Assembly (NCBI RefSeq): GCF_963676685.1
Contig: NC_092348.1
Location: 13,268,001-13,332,000 of the forward strand
Reading direction: 5' to 3'
Length of the DNA stretch: 64,000 nt
Source: Mytilus edulis
Lineage: Eukaryota
Position numbers and translations under genes: made by a program. Below, piece by piece: positions 46,676 to 61,332 of the stretch. The notes below the pieces were generated by a model. It saw only the letters and a program-made list of their open reading frames with translations. It was not told the origin of the DNA and searched no databases. The number at the start of each line of letters is the position of its first letter. Positions within the stretch are counted from its first letter, which is position 1.

Positions 46676-49600
46676 TACATTGTGTGTAGAGAACAAAATT
46701 GTAAATTTCTTCCACTATCTTCTAGATTGTAAATATTTTTCATCTCATAATACTTCAAATTGTAAATATTTTCCCACTATTCTCCAAATCTTATACTGTA
46801 AACATGTACATTTTTTTTCTGTGGGGTCACTGTAATTTTCACAATAACAAAAAAAAAAGCATTTTAGGCAGGTGTTAAATTCAGTAATGGAACAATAAGT
46901 TTGTATTTCAAGTCAATATTAGTTAACATGGTTATTATAATCAGCAATTTGTTATAATGGAGTTTTGAATTATAATTTGAAATTAAGAAGTTTTTAAAAT
47001 AAAAAAAAAGTGAATTGATGCAAAATTAGTAAATGTTCAATAAAAGAAAAAGAAACCGTTTTATAGTTTAAATGGCTAATGAATTATTTCTATTTCTATG
47101 GAGATGTCACTTTGTGATTCAATAAATAGAACTATTTAGTGGCTGTAAAGTCAGATGAAGATCCATATATGTTAAGGAAAGAATTGGCAGGACTATAATC
47201 CAGCTTTTTTCAGAGAAAACATGAGGCTATGAGGGCACTAATGCTGTTATATTTTGATACCACTATCATATCGATGAAAAAACATGATTTGGTCCAATGA
47301 TTGTAGGGAACTTGGATAAACATATATTGTATAAGCAAAGAAAAAAGGATTTCTTAACTGTTTCTTGTTGGATTGTTCAGTTTTGTTTAAAACTTCAATT
47401 TTATTCTTGTCTAATTAGCTTCCAAAAATTGAATAACAAGCATACCTTTTAAAGGTATTTGCAGACATATGTTGCATGCATGTATCAAGTTGGAATCACA
47501 TGTTAATATTTTATGAGTATATATGGTAGTGTCACATCAAGGAAAACAAATATATGTGCGAAAATTCAAAATGAACTCCTGGAAAGATTTGCTAATTAGA
47601 TAATATTAAAACTGTAATATATCACTAACATTGTGCAACGAAAACATGTTTTGATATAAAGCAAATGACACTTCCAGTGTATAGATTTCTTTAAAGAAAA
47701 AAATATTTTCGCAAGATTAGGTATTATTTAGGGTGTTAATTTTTACAAGGTGTATATATAATAAAATGACAATATGAAAAAGCTTCTTGTATATTTCTCT
47801 GGACAAGGATACTAAGGTCCTATTTTACAATAGCATAGCAGGGTCCTATTGTACTGGACAAGTATACCAGTGTCCTTTTTAACTGGACAAGTATACCACT
47901 GCAAGGGTCAATCTTTGACTGGACAAGTATATTAAGTCTTATTTCACTGACCAAGTGACATCCTAACATAAGGTAAGGAACTACAATTATAAATGCAAAC
48001 TTCCTGCATGATCTTTTTTTTCATTGGAGAAAATCAAAGATGGGTGTATGAAATTACCAAGTGTATTTCGTTTTTAGTCATTTCTTAAAATTTTTATATC
48101 AGGGCATTCTATTATATTTAACTTTCTCTTTGGATTTTATATGAACATAATGGTATGTTTCTGATCACATCATCACTAAAGGTTCTAATGCCAAAGGGCA
48201 ATCTAGTAATTTGTTTCTTTTTGTTTTTAGGAGAACATTAAAATTAATTAACGGCTTTGAGGCTATGTAATTTAATGATGATAATGCATGAGACAATATA
48301 ATTTGACAGGTGAAGATGATTCCAGTTTTATCTCATGTTTTTATCAGAAATTGATTTATGAATGTAAAAAAGGAAGATTTTACTTTGCAGCTGTGGAAAC
48401 AGGTGAAGTTGTCAGTGTAATCCTTATTTATTCAGGGTACCATTCCCAACTTTAACAGGAAACCTGGAAATCTGATCATGATAATTCTTAAAAAGTTTTG
48501 GAATGCATTTTTTTTCACATTTATCAAAAATCTGTTGAGATGACATCATGCAATTCATGTGATAATGTACTTTTCCTGTCATCTTTGAATGTCTGATATT
48601 GGTTTAAAGCTTTGGTATAGAATCAACTTGAAACTTTAATACATTTATTATGAAATGACCTTTTTAATATTTATGTTAAATGAGTGTTTTGACCAAATTG
48701 ACCCAGATTACACAGTTTACTGATCATGCAAGTATTATAGTTAGAGTTTATTTAGGGCATGGTAACTCTTTGAACTCAGCATCATGTTTTTACTCTATTT
48801 GTCCTGACAATTTCAACATTTATAAACCATCCTTTAAATGATTATCTCAATTGTATTCTGTTTTATTGTTAATGATCAAAATTAATGTGAATTCTCTTTT
48901 TCCTTAAACATACAATAATGAAGAATGCTATTAATCTATTTGAAATTTGTTTAGTTAAGATAAAACAATTTATCTTCTATTTGTCCTGAATTTATTTTTC
49001 AAAAAAATTGGTGTGTGGATCATTGAGAAATTAATACTTTGTCATACCATGATGAATAACCAATACCCAGATATTAAGTAGAATACTTGTGATATCACTC
49101 AGCCCTATGAGATCCTTATAACAAGTATGATCCCCTAATTGGATCCTCTGTATGCATTGGCCAGCTGTTCAGTATCACTAGCCATATGCCTAGTTTCCAT
49201 CTGGCCTAGTTGGTATTGACCACTATTAATCAATACCTCCCTGGAATCAATCAACTATCACTCTAACACAGAGTAAATATTTTTTTATCAATTACACCTT
49301 TGGTTAATGAGTTTTGATATGGAGAAATAAATAACCATAAGTACTTACACCTAAGGGAAAGGGGTGATGGCAGGCAGTAGTCAATTTTGTAGGGAACTTA
49401 TTGTTGAAGAATTTTTGGGAAAACAATTTAGAAACTTGATGTTGCAGAAATTTAAAGAAAATAAATTACTTTTAGTTTTTGCTGGTGACATGTACAGCTC
49501 TTTGAATTCAGAATTTGTATAGACTTTGCGGTTTCATTTTGAAGAGAGAAAAAAATTACCATTATCTTTAATCATAAATGCATATATATTTATACCCCGA

Positions 49601-52600
49601 GGGGTCGATGGCTTAAGAACAAAACAAATAACACAAACACATAAAATCGTAGAATAGACAGTATCATATAGTAAGAATTCCTTCAGATACAATATAAATA
49701 CTTCTGCAGGTCTGGAGTCCATACTCCTCAATACAAACAACTTTTTAATTAACAAAACAAACAAGCTGCATAATTTCAAATGTATTGTCAAAAGAAATAG
49801 AAATTTATCTTTTGTGAATTGTATTATATGAAAATTCTGTAAATCTGCTGAACAAGAAATGCTTCAAGTGGACAAACTTTGAAAAATTTACCTTTTTAAA
49901 TTATCTCGTTACAAGGATTGGGGAGATAATAGTTAAAAAACAGGGTACATATGTTTTCAAATATTGCATAAGATCTTTTTGATAGACCAATGTTTAACCT
50001 CTTTTTCAGCCATCAGCCACACAGTAAACTTATAAGCATCAGAGAACATTAAATTGTTCAATTTGCAACATCTTGTATTATGATTTACATTTTTTTCATA
50101 CAATTTGTAGTAAGGAAAATAATAAAGAAAATTATTGATAAATAAAAATTTTGGTTCAACATATGTTGCAGGGATTGTGATTCCTAAGGTTATAAAACAT
50201 TATTATAGTGCAGTTTAAATTCTCTTAACCAGGAGTCAATCATTGATACAAAATTGTACCAGAAGGTTTTTTTACTAAAATTGTACTGATCTTGAAAAAT
50301 GTACTACATGTATTTATATTGATTCTTTAAATATAGTTTTCATGAGTTTACTCCTTAATAATATTTAAACGCAACAATTAGTCCCCCCTCCCCCCAATAT
50401 AAAAACAATGAATAATCATTTAAACAAAATTGAAGTCATTAGCTCAAGTATCTTCACAATCATCAATATGTGGGTTGTTAATTAATATTAAAAAGTCAGA
50501 TATAAATGGTTATGAAAATAAATAAAAGCAGTTTTCCTTCTTATTATAAGAATCAATAACATCTGATAAAATAATTACATGTTGAGCAAAATGATTGAAT
50601 TGTTTACATGCAGCCGTGGACACCTGTCACCAAACTTTTACCTGTGTCAGCTCTTAAACTTCCCACAGAATAAAGTCTTATCTCTTTGGCCATTACATGA
50701 TGTCAATTTCACAGTTAATCATAATTATTCACCATATTTATTAATGTTTAATTTGGATTAGGATAATCTTCGGTATTATGATGATGCTCAAAACAGTAAT
50801 TGCTGGTAAGGTGTTCAAGTGTAAAATTCTAAGTTAATCTGACTTGTCCACAGGTTGTGGGTGTATTACTACTGTAACAGAATGCATGTAACTACCATAG
50901 CCATATGCAATCTTAGTTTTGTTGAAAAAAGTATTTAATTTCACTTCAATAATGGGCACAAATTTTATATTTAGCATTAAAGTTATGAAAATGATATTAT
51001 ATAACATTGTTTATGTTTATGGACAAGATTTTGATTAATGTAAAACAAAGTTGGGACATTATTTATTTACATCAAATACCCTCTCCTTGAACTTTTAAAG
51101 TTCACCTTATTTGTTATGATAACTGCTAGAATTCACAATGAGAATAATGATGCTAATATTGAAATGCTAAGACATATTGATCGTTCAATATCTTTATTTT
51201 TTAAGACTTTCTAGACGAGTTGATTATTTCCTGTTGTTCCCTAGATCTGGGCCATTCATTAGTCAAAATTTAATTAAGAAGTAAAACTTTGTTGCCTTTC
51301 ATTAATTTTGTGGTTGCATCATAAAAATAACTCAACTATATCTGGTTTAAAGAGGAACCACAATTAAGGGAAGAAAAAAAAATAATTAAGTATTTTCAAC
51401 CCTAAAAGGAACCAGGTCCCCATCACTCCAATGCTCCTGGTCCAGCCATTTATCTTTCTTTAATCAGAATTGACTTCCTTTGGATTTAATTCTATTTATC
51501 TGACATATTCAATTCTGGCATTATTGACTCTGCACCCATGGTTCTCTTTAAAGACTGAGTTATAATGTCTTATATATATTTACAAAATGAAACTATTAGT
51601 AAAACATTAAATGCTAATTGCAGCTCACAACATGACTTTTATTAGAATTCAATATCTGCAATTGTTCTTAATTATAAGAGGGTCTCTAACCCTTGCTTTG
51701 TGCCTGGCTGTGTCTGGCTTTTCTGTTAACAGTCTGTACTTCTCATTAGAAAGAGTTAATAGCAAACTGGCGCCAGTTGTGTTTTCTTTTCAAATGGTTA
51801 CACATGCTAAACTTGTCATCTACTATCTTCAGTGAGAAGTGAGAGTGGTTTTTGGCACTGGCTTATATCAAGAGAATTGTGCCATGTGTTTGCCATATGG
51901 TGGAATGTTTCTGTTTTGAAACTGTTTTATGACCTTCCAGTTAAACCCTGTCACATTACACATCTTTGGACATCTGGTCAGTTGTTTCATTGGAGGCAGT
52001 GGTTTTTGATAAGACTTTAAAGTTGTAATATTTGCAGAGTTTTTTTTATCATTTTAAGATCTTAAATGAGAGTCCCAATAATGTGTCTCAAAATGTGTTT
52101 TTCTGTTGACTGATGTCTTAATTGGGAGCTTACAGGCATCAGTATGTCAGTCTAGAACAAAGCATACTAGCTCAATATTTGCTCTGAAAATTAAACAGCG
52201 ATCAAGCAGTCAGTAAAAGATTTGTTAATGATTTCACCAATTTTTATAATCAATATTCAACCATCCACATAACCAGTGAAGATAGTTTTGATAAAATGTT
52301 GCAGATAGAACAGTCATGCATATTTTTGTGAAAGTATGCAGAGAATGACAACCTGAACCACAATGAATTATATCACAAAACAAAATGTAACTTTCTTCAC
52401 TAGCTGACAAGATTAAGCAAAAAATACCAGTTTGTACCTGTTTTAACAATAACATTTTTGTCACAAACAATTACCATTGATTGTATTAATTTAAAGATTT
52501 CAGAACTTTCCAAAATTATTTTTAATAAAGAATTAACATTTGCTAGACCTCTTTTGCAACAAAAATCAATAAACATGAATATTACTAAATATAAATATAA

Positions 52601-53218
52601 TGATTGAATTTGACCAAATGCTGCATGAAATATTGAATTTTATTAAGTTGACTCCTAGAGGACATGTAACATTTGGCTAATATACTGAAACAGACGTGTG
52701 ATTAAATGAATGATGACGAATACTGGGTTTGGAAAAACCACAATCAAAATATTGTCTAATTAAAATTTAGGTCAATTATGAATCAGTACTCATCTGTTAT
52801 TATATCCTCTGCTATGTTTTTGGTATTGAGATCACAGTTACCCTTAATGTCTGGTCATCTGTAAATCAGAAGCAGTATGGTATGGACACCTATTATCCTC
52901 CCATTGTAACTGGCCAATCTGATGAACATTTCACAGTTGTAGCTGTAGGTATATTTGTCCAGAGATAGCAGTCTCAAACCACATCTGATCACATCTAGCC
53001 ATCATGGTGGCATCTATATAAGCATCTTCACTAGCTGAGGGTTAGGATTGTGCTTCCTCCTCAAGAGGTGACCAGATTGTAACCCGTGGCAGTGAATTAC
53101 AGTCGCCAATGCAGATCTTAAGTTTTGTAGCTTGGGTTCTCTGTTCGATTGCTTTCTTTGCGGTAACAGTGACATTCTTTGTTTGATTGTTTCATTCTTA
53201 TCAATTAACTTTATACAA

Positions 53219-53422
53219 CTGTAAATTCAGAAATTATTGCATGCATTTATTATTGCGATTTTGTCATTTTAGACTTAAATGCGATTTTAATTTTTATGAT
53301 TTGAGAAAAATCCCGCTTAATTTATATAGAATATTTCAAAATGCGAGTTTGAATTATTGCGTTTACAAGTCTGTTGCATTTTCGCAATAATAAAACCCTC
53401 GCAATAATTTCTGAATTTACAG
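53219..53422. mobile_element. MITE with 22-bp perfect TIRs (Tc1/mariner-like)
   Basis: CTGTAAATTCAGAAATTATTGC ... GCAATAATTTCTGAATTTACAG. The expected TA TSD is degenerate (AA / CA). Confidence 0.7.
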
Positions 53423-56204
53423 CATTTAAATTGAAGTCACCATATTTAACACGTATTACCTTATAATATTTGAAAGAACAGTCCACATGGAATAAATGGA
53501 TAACATTTCTTAAAGATCATTGTCTTGTGTTAAAAAGCCCACAAACTTGTAAAAACTGCTGAAAATTTTCAATCATTTTAGAAATATTATTTGTCATAAC
53601 TGTCCAGTCATTCTTTTATTTGTTGTGAAGTGTACATTCGTGTTAAACAATTTTTCCCAGTTTTGCAAAGATAAAGGTTAATTTGGCTTCAAATTGGTCA
53701 TGAAATTGAATTTTAAAAATCTCCCAATTGGCAATAAAGCAACAACCAACAATAATGTATAAATAACAGCATGTTCTGTGGTTGGGTCACTTGGACAGTG
53801 TGTTACCACTATTAGACAGTGTGGCTGATGCATTCTGTCCTAGAGTGGGTCACAGTCTCTTTCAGGTCTGTTTATACCAATCCAATCCTCTCTCTGTCGT
53901 GAAACATGTATTGCTACAATAAGATTTTTCTCGTTTGTAATGATGATGATGATCAAGAAACATTACTTTGTCTTAAAAACATAAAATTAATACTTATATA
54001 TAGACTTTTGTAGCTTCTCTTTCAAGAAGATCAAAGAAAGATTTTACCTATACTGTATTTGATTCTGGTAAAAAGTGCGTGTCCAGTTCGATGTACTGTC
54101 CCTTTCGATGCCTTATCCCCCTCCACACTCAGACCAACTTAACACCCTGTCCACTTCACAAAATCTCATTAATCCATTAGATTCCTTTGCATGTTGACAT
54201 GTTATTAAAACTCAGTTTTGTCATTTTCTCTTAATGTTTTATCCTATGTTTTATTGATCAAGAAAGCAATAAGAATATGAAATGAGAAAAAATCTGAAAG
54301 CTGACATGCAAACGCCTGTCCAACACATGTGTTAATTAGTTAATGAATATTGAAGAAGCCTTGAGCTTTATAGTCATGTCACCATCATCAACATGATTAA
54401 TTTTAATCATACTTAGTAAATGGTCAGAAGGGTTTATCATCTATTGGCCTGGTATCACTGATATCTATCATGGAATGTTTAGAGGTAGCAATTTATTTGA
54501 TGGTATTCCTAAGCAAAGAAATTCTTTATTGTTTCATTATTTTTGTAGCTAAATGTCTTGAAATTTATGAGATATTTAATATTCTCAGCTTAGCATCATT
54601 AGAAGTTTAAAATATTCTCCTAAGTGGTAAATGTAGCTATATATTGCATCTGACTGTAATAAATGACAATAGAACTTGTCACATTTCTGCAAAAGAAAAT
54701 GTTAAATTCAGAAGTTTTCTAATTTTACGTCTATTTCAAAGTTACTTCAGATATAATGTTATTATATAATGTATGAAGAATATTTTTTTAGAAACCAAAA
54801 ACTGGTATATGAAATGGTATATATATGCCAATTTTATTGTGTTGGCATTGCTGTCTCTTGTTTTTGTTGAATTTGATTTAAGTGGAGATAACAAGCTTTT
54901 GAAATTAAGAACTTTAAAGTTCTGTTGGCTAATTCTTTTCAATGGAATCAGTACATTAAAAAGTGCTGGCTTTTATTAAGTCCTGGACACATTATACAAA
55001 GATGTGTGTCTCTCATTGAAGAAGATATGCCTGTCCTCTAAAACTGTTTTAGATGTTTGTCTTGTTAGGATTCTGTCTCATTTAGGTGTATCACAAATTA
55101 CTATTACACTTATTCAAGCATTTAAACTTGCTTTAGTCTTATTGTCTTTTATACAGAGCACTTTAATAGATTCATTTATAGACTTTGACAGGACTATATA
55201 TTAGGAGAGGCAAGTCTATTTAAAGCATGCTGCTTTAGAGTAATATTTTTAAAAATTCTGGCTAGGTAATCTCTGTTCATTTGTCATCACATTTCTGGCC
55301 CAAGTTCTCTAGAAAATAATCTGCCACTAATTGAATCATCACATGACTGCCACCTGACTTTGTCCCCATGGAGACCAGTTCATTGCTTTTACACCTGATT
55401 ATCTCCCTTGGGCAATAACATCCTCCTTCCATATTAATTTTCTGTCAGTGTCCTCAGGTTGCTGTTGAAGTATGCAATTGTTTTAAAGACAAACCTGGGA
55501 ATGTAGTAAATTGAAAATAAATGTAATTTATTGACAACTGCTTTTTCAGTATCTTTGTAAAAAATCAATGTTTTTTTCAAGACAGTTCAAAGTTTGTTTT
55601 GTAGTCAGTTTCATAACAGCAGGTGAATTGTAAAATGAATAGACAACATTAAATTACAGAATAATTGCTGTGTATGTGGAAAAAATCACAGCTTACATAG
55701 GTGTCAATATAAATTACTTAACATTATTAATTTACCTTTTTACAATAAAAAAAAAGTTATATAAAATTATTTTTTGATAGTGTCAAAGTTATTGTCAGAG
55801 ATGCTATTTATACTGACCCCACAGTGCGGTAATATTTTTTTGTAAATTTTAAGTGAAAAAAAATAATTGCAAAATAACATATCTGTTAAAATATCATCAT
55901 TATCTTTAGATCTCAAATAGATAAATTAAAAGTCTTAACTCTTACAAATCAACATTAATATAAAAATATCTTTTTATCCAGACAAATTTGAAAATTAATG
56001 TAAAATTCATGTGTAGAGTAGGGGAGTTATGTAACAGTTTCATCACTCTGCCAGATTTGTTATGTTTTGTTTGACCTCTAACCCTGCATGGTGTAGTGTT
56101 CTGATATTGATAACATGTGGTATATGATTTCACATACCTTGCTGGAACCAGTCTGTCTGCCAGCTGTAATGTTTAACAGATGTTTTATGTAATGTGTTTA
56201 GCAC

Positions 56205-56665
56205 AGGTGGGAGTTAAGTAGTAAGGATTCTGAAAGAAAAAGGGGGAGGGGTGTAGTAGGAAATGGAGGGACACCGGTGGTGGTAAGTATTAAGGATTCT
56301 GAGAGAAGGGGGATGTAGTAGAAATGGACCGAAGCATGTGGGATTAAGTAGTAATGATCCTGAGGGAGGGGGGATGTAGTAGGAAATGGACCCAAGTATG
56401 TGGGATTAAGTAGTAATGATCCTGAGGGAGGGGGGATGTAGTAGGAAATGGAGGGATGCATTGTTTTACACAGGTAGGAGTAAATAGTAAGGATTCTGAG
56501 GCAGGGGGTTGTAGTAGGAAATGGAGAAAGACGGATGGGAGTAAGTAGTAAGGATTCTGAGAGAGGGGGCTGTAGTTAAAAATGGAGGGACACCGTCACC
56601 GGTGGGAGTAAGAAGTAAGGATTATGAGGGAAGGAGGGGATTGTTGTAGGAAATGGAGGGACACA
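56205..56665. repeat. G-rich ~60-bp minisatellite, about 7 copies
   Basis: Unit GTGGGAGTAAGTAGTAAGGATTCTGAGGGAGGGGGATGTAGTAGGAAATGGAGGGACAC-like. Confidence 0.9.
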
Positions 56666-58033
56666 TTGTTTTACCATGTGACATTTAAAAGACAGTCTCA
56701 GTTTTGAGAGTGTCATTACTGGATGTGTTACTAAAAGAGTTTGCTTTACCCTCAGCTTTTATTACTGCTATTATCAGTCAAAAACAAAGTGACTGTAGGT
56801 AAGATGTTACAGACACTGATGTTTGAGGTACTTGTCAGATATCAATCAATTCTAAACTGCACAACTATTAAGGAGTAACATTCAAATCCTCCATCCCCAT
56901 CCATTACTACCCTTTCATCCAACCTAAATCATTATATATATAATGGAATGTGTTCAAAAACTTATTTAAATATATTTGAGCCATACATACTGCTAAATTG
57001 TAAACAAAAGAGACTAGTAAGATTGAAGACAAACTCACAGGCCTTTACCAATTGTCAGCCTCACCTTAAGTGCTTATTTTGCAGACTGATTAAATATTTA
57101 GTATTTCATTCAATAATGTCTGTCATATCCTGCTACAAGGAGTCCTCTCTTAATTTTATTGACTCCTGTTTAAGGATTGCAGCTGTTTTTATATAATTGT
57201 TGCAAAATTGATATAATATAGAAAAGGTTAACATATGGTTAAAATGTTATAAATCATTAAATCATTTAGTTTTCAATTTGAGTCTTTAATTCCCATATGG
57301 TTTGTTCTACAGGCATGTCACCTGTTCTGATGTTATCCATGTGTCACCTGTCCATAGTATAAATATTTTACCTGCAATTTTATGCCCTAGAGAGAAAATG
57401 CTGGAAAGCCTCATTAAATTATTAATGTTCTAAATGGAGTCACAGATGAAATACCAGAATAATGGAGAGAAGACATTAAATCTGTTATTGTTGGATTTTA
57501 TTGCTTGTTTCCCCTGTAATCCTGAGTAATGAGCAGATCATCACCAGAAGACATTACTCTTTATTCACTACAAACGGATTATCATGAAAGATCAATTTTT
57601 TTTTCAAAGTTTTATATATTATTTCTTAAAATGGAATTAATGTTTGGGGAATGATGTCTTTTAGTATTAAAAATGTCAAAGCATGAGGATTTTGTATTTG
57701 AATATTTTTTTAATAGCTATAAGAAATATTGTTCAGTCTGGTTTATTCACATGGATTGTTTGTTATCATTAAAGTCCAGTGGCAGATATTAGATAGGTGT
57801 TACAGGTGTCCTCTGCCATACCTGTTTTCTGTCTGCTAATCCAGAGTTTCCAAAGTTTCTGCATGGTTTACATAAATGATGTCAATTATTGTTAACAATT
57901 TTTTATAACTTTCTGAAAGAAATTCTCTGAGTTAATAATTATACTTTATTGAAATATATAAGACAACTAAAACATACTCATTAAAAGATTTCATAAAATA
58001 TATATAAACATAACAATCAAAAATAAAAATCTT

Positions 58034-58340
58034 GCACATATTTCTATAGTGCAAAAAAATGTAATTCACATATATTTCTATAGTGCAAAAAAATGTAATT
58101 CACATATATTTCTATAGTGCAAAAAAATGTAATTCACATATATTTCTATAGAACAAATAAAATGTAATTCACATATATTTCTATAGTACAAAAAAATGTA
58201 ATTCACATATATTTCTATAGTACAAACAAAATATAATTCACATATATTTCTATAGTACAAAAAAATGTAATTCACATATATTTATATAGTACAAAAAAAA
58301 TATAATTCACATATTTTTCTATAGTACAAAAAATGTAATT
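58034..58340. repeat. ~34-bp AT-rich minisatellite, about 9 copies
   Basis: Unit AATTCACATATATTTCTATAGT(G/A)CAAAAAAATGT. Confidence 0.93.
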
Positions 58341-60969
58341 GAGATCTTCTTTAAATGTTCCCAGGTATAACATGTAAAATGTAATAAAAAAAAAATCCCC
58401 ACCAAAAAATGTATGGACATATGGTACAATAAAAAACCCATTTACTGGCCAGAAAATCTAATTTCACTAAGATTTTAAGCTTTGTATTATTGAGCAAAAT
58501 AAAATCAAGCGCATGGAGGCCAAAATCACTTTCTTCTTAATCTTATATGAAAGTCATCAGAGAATTAAGGAAAATTACAGAAATGTATAAATTATGGAAG
58601 AACCCACTTGACAAAGGAATAGAATAATGGCATCCTGAATTGAAACAATAATTTTTGTCAGAAAAAATCCATATATTAAAATTAAAATTAAAATGATTTT
58701 TTCTTCCCGAGTTTATTATCACATTCAACAAAACAAATGTAAGGGTAATATGACTATCTTGGGGAAAATAAAATTCTGATCATATTTAGAATGAACTATT
58801 TTGAAAGTAAAAACAAATTGAATTAAATGATAACTTACAAGTTTTAGGAAGGTAAATTAGTGTATTTGCTATAATTCTTAGATGTATTTGTAATTGGATC
58901 CAAATGGGAAATATCAATTAAGTATGTTTTAAGTGATCAAAACCAAAAATACCACAAGTGTGAATGAATATTAATAATTGATAGCAACTCAATTAGAAAA
59001 AGAAGATATTGGGAGACTGGTATTAATTGGGTATAATTCAGTTGTACGAAACATCAAAGTCAAATTAACACAAAAAGTAAATATAAAAACAAACAGTAAC
59101 AGATTAACAGTAAATATTTTAAATTTCCATCTAAAGATTGTTTGCAGAAGAAATAAATTTGCTAATTTACTAAATTATTTGTGTATATGCACAAATAACT
59201 GATTAATTAGTTTGGCAATCATTAGAAACAAGCGATTCCTTAATACCTGTTTTCCAGAAACAAATTAATTGATTGGTTGGAATTTGCTTATCAAAGAGAA
59301 GACAAAAGCAAAACCACATGACCAGGCTCCAGCTTCAAAAACACAAATGATTAGAATGTAATGAAAGAAATGTGATGTGTAATAGGAAACAGATTGGAAG
59401 ATTTTCTACAAATTTTCTCTGACAGTGGAAGGCGGAACTCATTAACACCTAAGCCAGACTCTGCCGTACAAAGTATCAAGCCATCTGCTATTCATTAATG
59501 ATAATTGGTCTATATTCTTGGGTTCTTGGCCAACAACTGAATTCCCACTGCATATTTAATATGTTTTTTGTTTGTTTTACTTGTGTTTTTAATTTGTGAG
59601 GCTCCAAGGCTAAGAATGAGGAAAGTTTTATGTACTTTTCTCTCCTGACAAAGTAGGTCTAAATTTGGAAGGTTTGGGTGTGTACAAATAAATAAATAAC
59701 AATAATGGAGGACATTTAGTTTAGGAAATTTGTAGGGTGACCTATATAGGAAAAAATGATATATTATATTTATTTGTATTATTTTATCATTAATTTATCA
59801 TTTTTGGACAAAAATTGAAAATATAAGAAAACAAGTATAATAGTCAAGATTTCCACCCGAAAGAAGAGTAAAAAGCAAGATTGCTTAAACAAATAACATA
59901 TAATTAAAATGTTGATATTAATGTAACCCTATAAATGCACAGGCACGTGTTATACGTTGATAGTGGGTCTTCCAATGGATAGAAACAAGTGCCTGTGTAT
60001 GAATGGCTATAATCAATTTTAAAAAGCTACAATGAAAAAAAAAAGCATTAAAAGAAGGATTATTTTGATTAGCGGCTATGAAATACAATACTTTGGACAG
60101 AAGTATTTTTATAATATGCTTAACGTTTCCAAAGAGCATGTACTTGTTATAACAAATATTTATTTAATTACTTATGTTAAGATAATAGATATTTGACCTG
60201 ATATAACCTTACATGTCCCCTCCACCTGGGCCTCACCACTGTTTGTCATTTTTAAGAGGTTTGTTTTGATTGGTTGATGAGAAGATACATCTGACTCCCA
60301 AGAGGAAGCAATACACATGGATAACAACTTCACATTGAATTGGTAGCTCTGCCAATTTCATTCTCTTTCATTGATGGATGTAGTTTGTTCTGTGTATTGA
60401 TCGATATATTTGTATTTTTACATTGATGACATTTTGTGGTGGATCATCTTATTTTTGACTGACAAACAGTGATTATTTTGTGTGGATTTATTACATTAAT
60501 TTTTTGCTAGAAATATTCAGTATAAACATTGATATTCTAAAGTGATGTTAATCTAATGACCAATTGTGAGTATAGTTAAGTATGATAGCTATTATCAACC
60601 AATATTGTTCTTTTATTTAATGGATAAAGTTAAATGCGATATTGTTTTATTATTTGATAACCTTCAATGCTTTATTTGGATTTCTCTTTTACTGTAAATA
60701 TGGATAATTGTTTAGTTTTCTAAATACAATTAAAATTGAACTCATGAATAATATAGTATCAGCTAGATGTATAAATCGTTAAAATCCTCTTGATATTTCC
60801 CAATTGATGTGGCATTTTTTCAATTTTCAATTTTGTTTGATATTGCAATTAGAAAAAAGTGTATTGATGTGCAACTGCAAAAAAAAATGTTTAAAACAAA
60901 CATTGTGATACATAGATTATAACATAGTAATTAAATAAAACTAATGATTTCCATGAATCTTAAGTTTCT

Positions 60970-61332
60970 GTCAGTGACATCAATGTTTAGGGGGAGGTTT
61001 GGATGCCCACTGAAATGTTTAACCTTGCCACATTCTGCCACATGTGTGTCCAAAGTCTGTGGCCTATTATTCAGTGGTTGTAGTCTTTGTTGTGGTATAT
61101 CATATTTGTTTTATTTATTGTTTTGTAGAAAAATCAAGCACTTATTTTTGTTTTGTTTGAATTGTTCTACTTTTGTCATTTCAAGGCCTTTTATAACATG
61201 CTAATTGTAATATGGGTTTTGCTCATTGTTGAAGGCCATACAATGACCTATAGTTGCTAACTTTATATGTCATTTGGTTTTCTTGTGGATAGTTATCACT
61301 GTGGCAATCATACCACATCTTCTTATTTTTAT
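60970..61332. mobile_element. Dispersed SINE-like repeat, degenerate
   Basis: GGGTTTTGCTCATTGTTGAAGGCC...GACCTATAGTT...GGCAATCATACCACATCTTCTTATTTTT is the reverse complement of motifs at about 16565-16600 and 18685-18750. Confidence 0.55.
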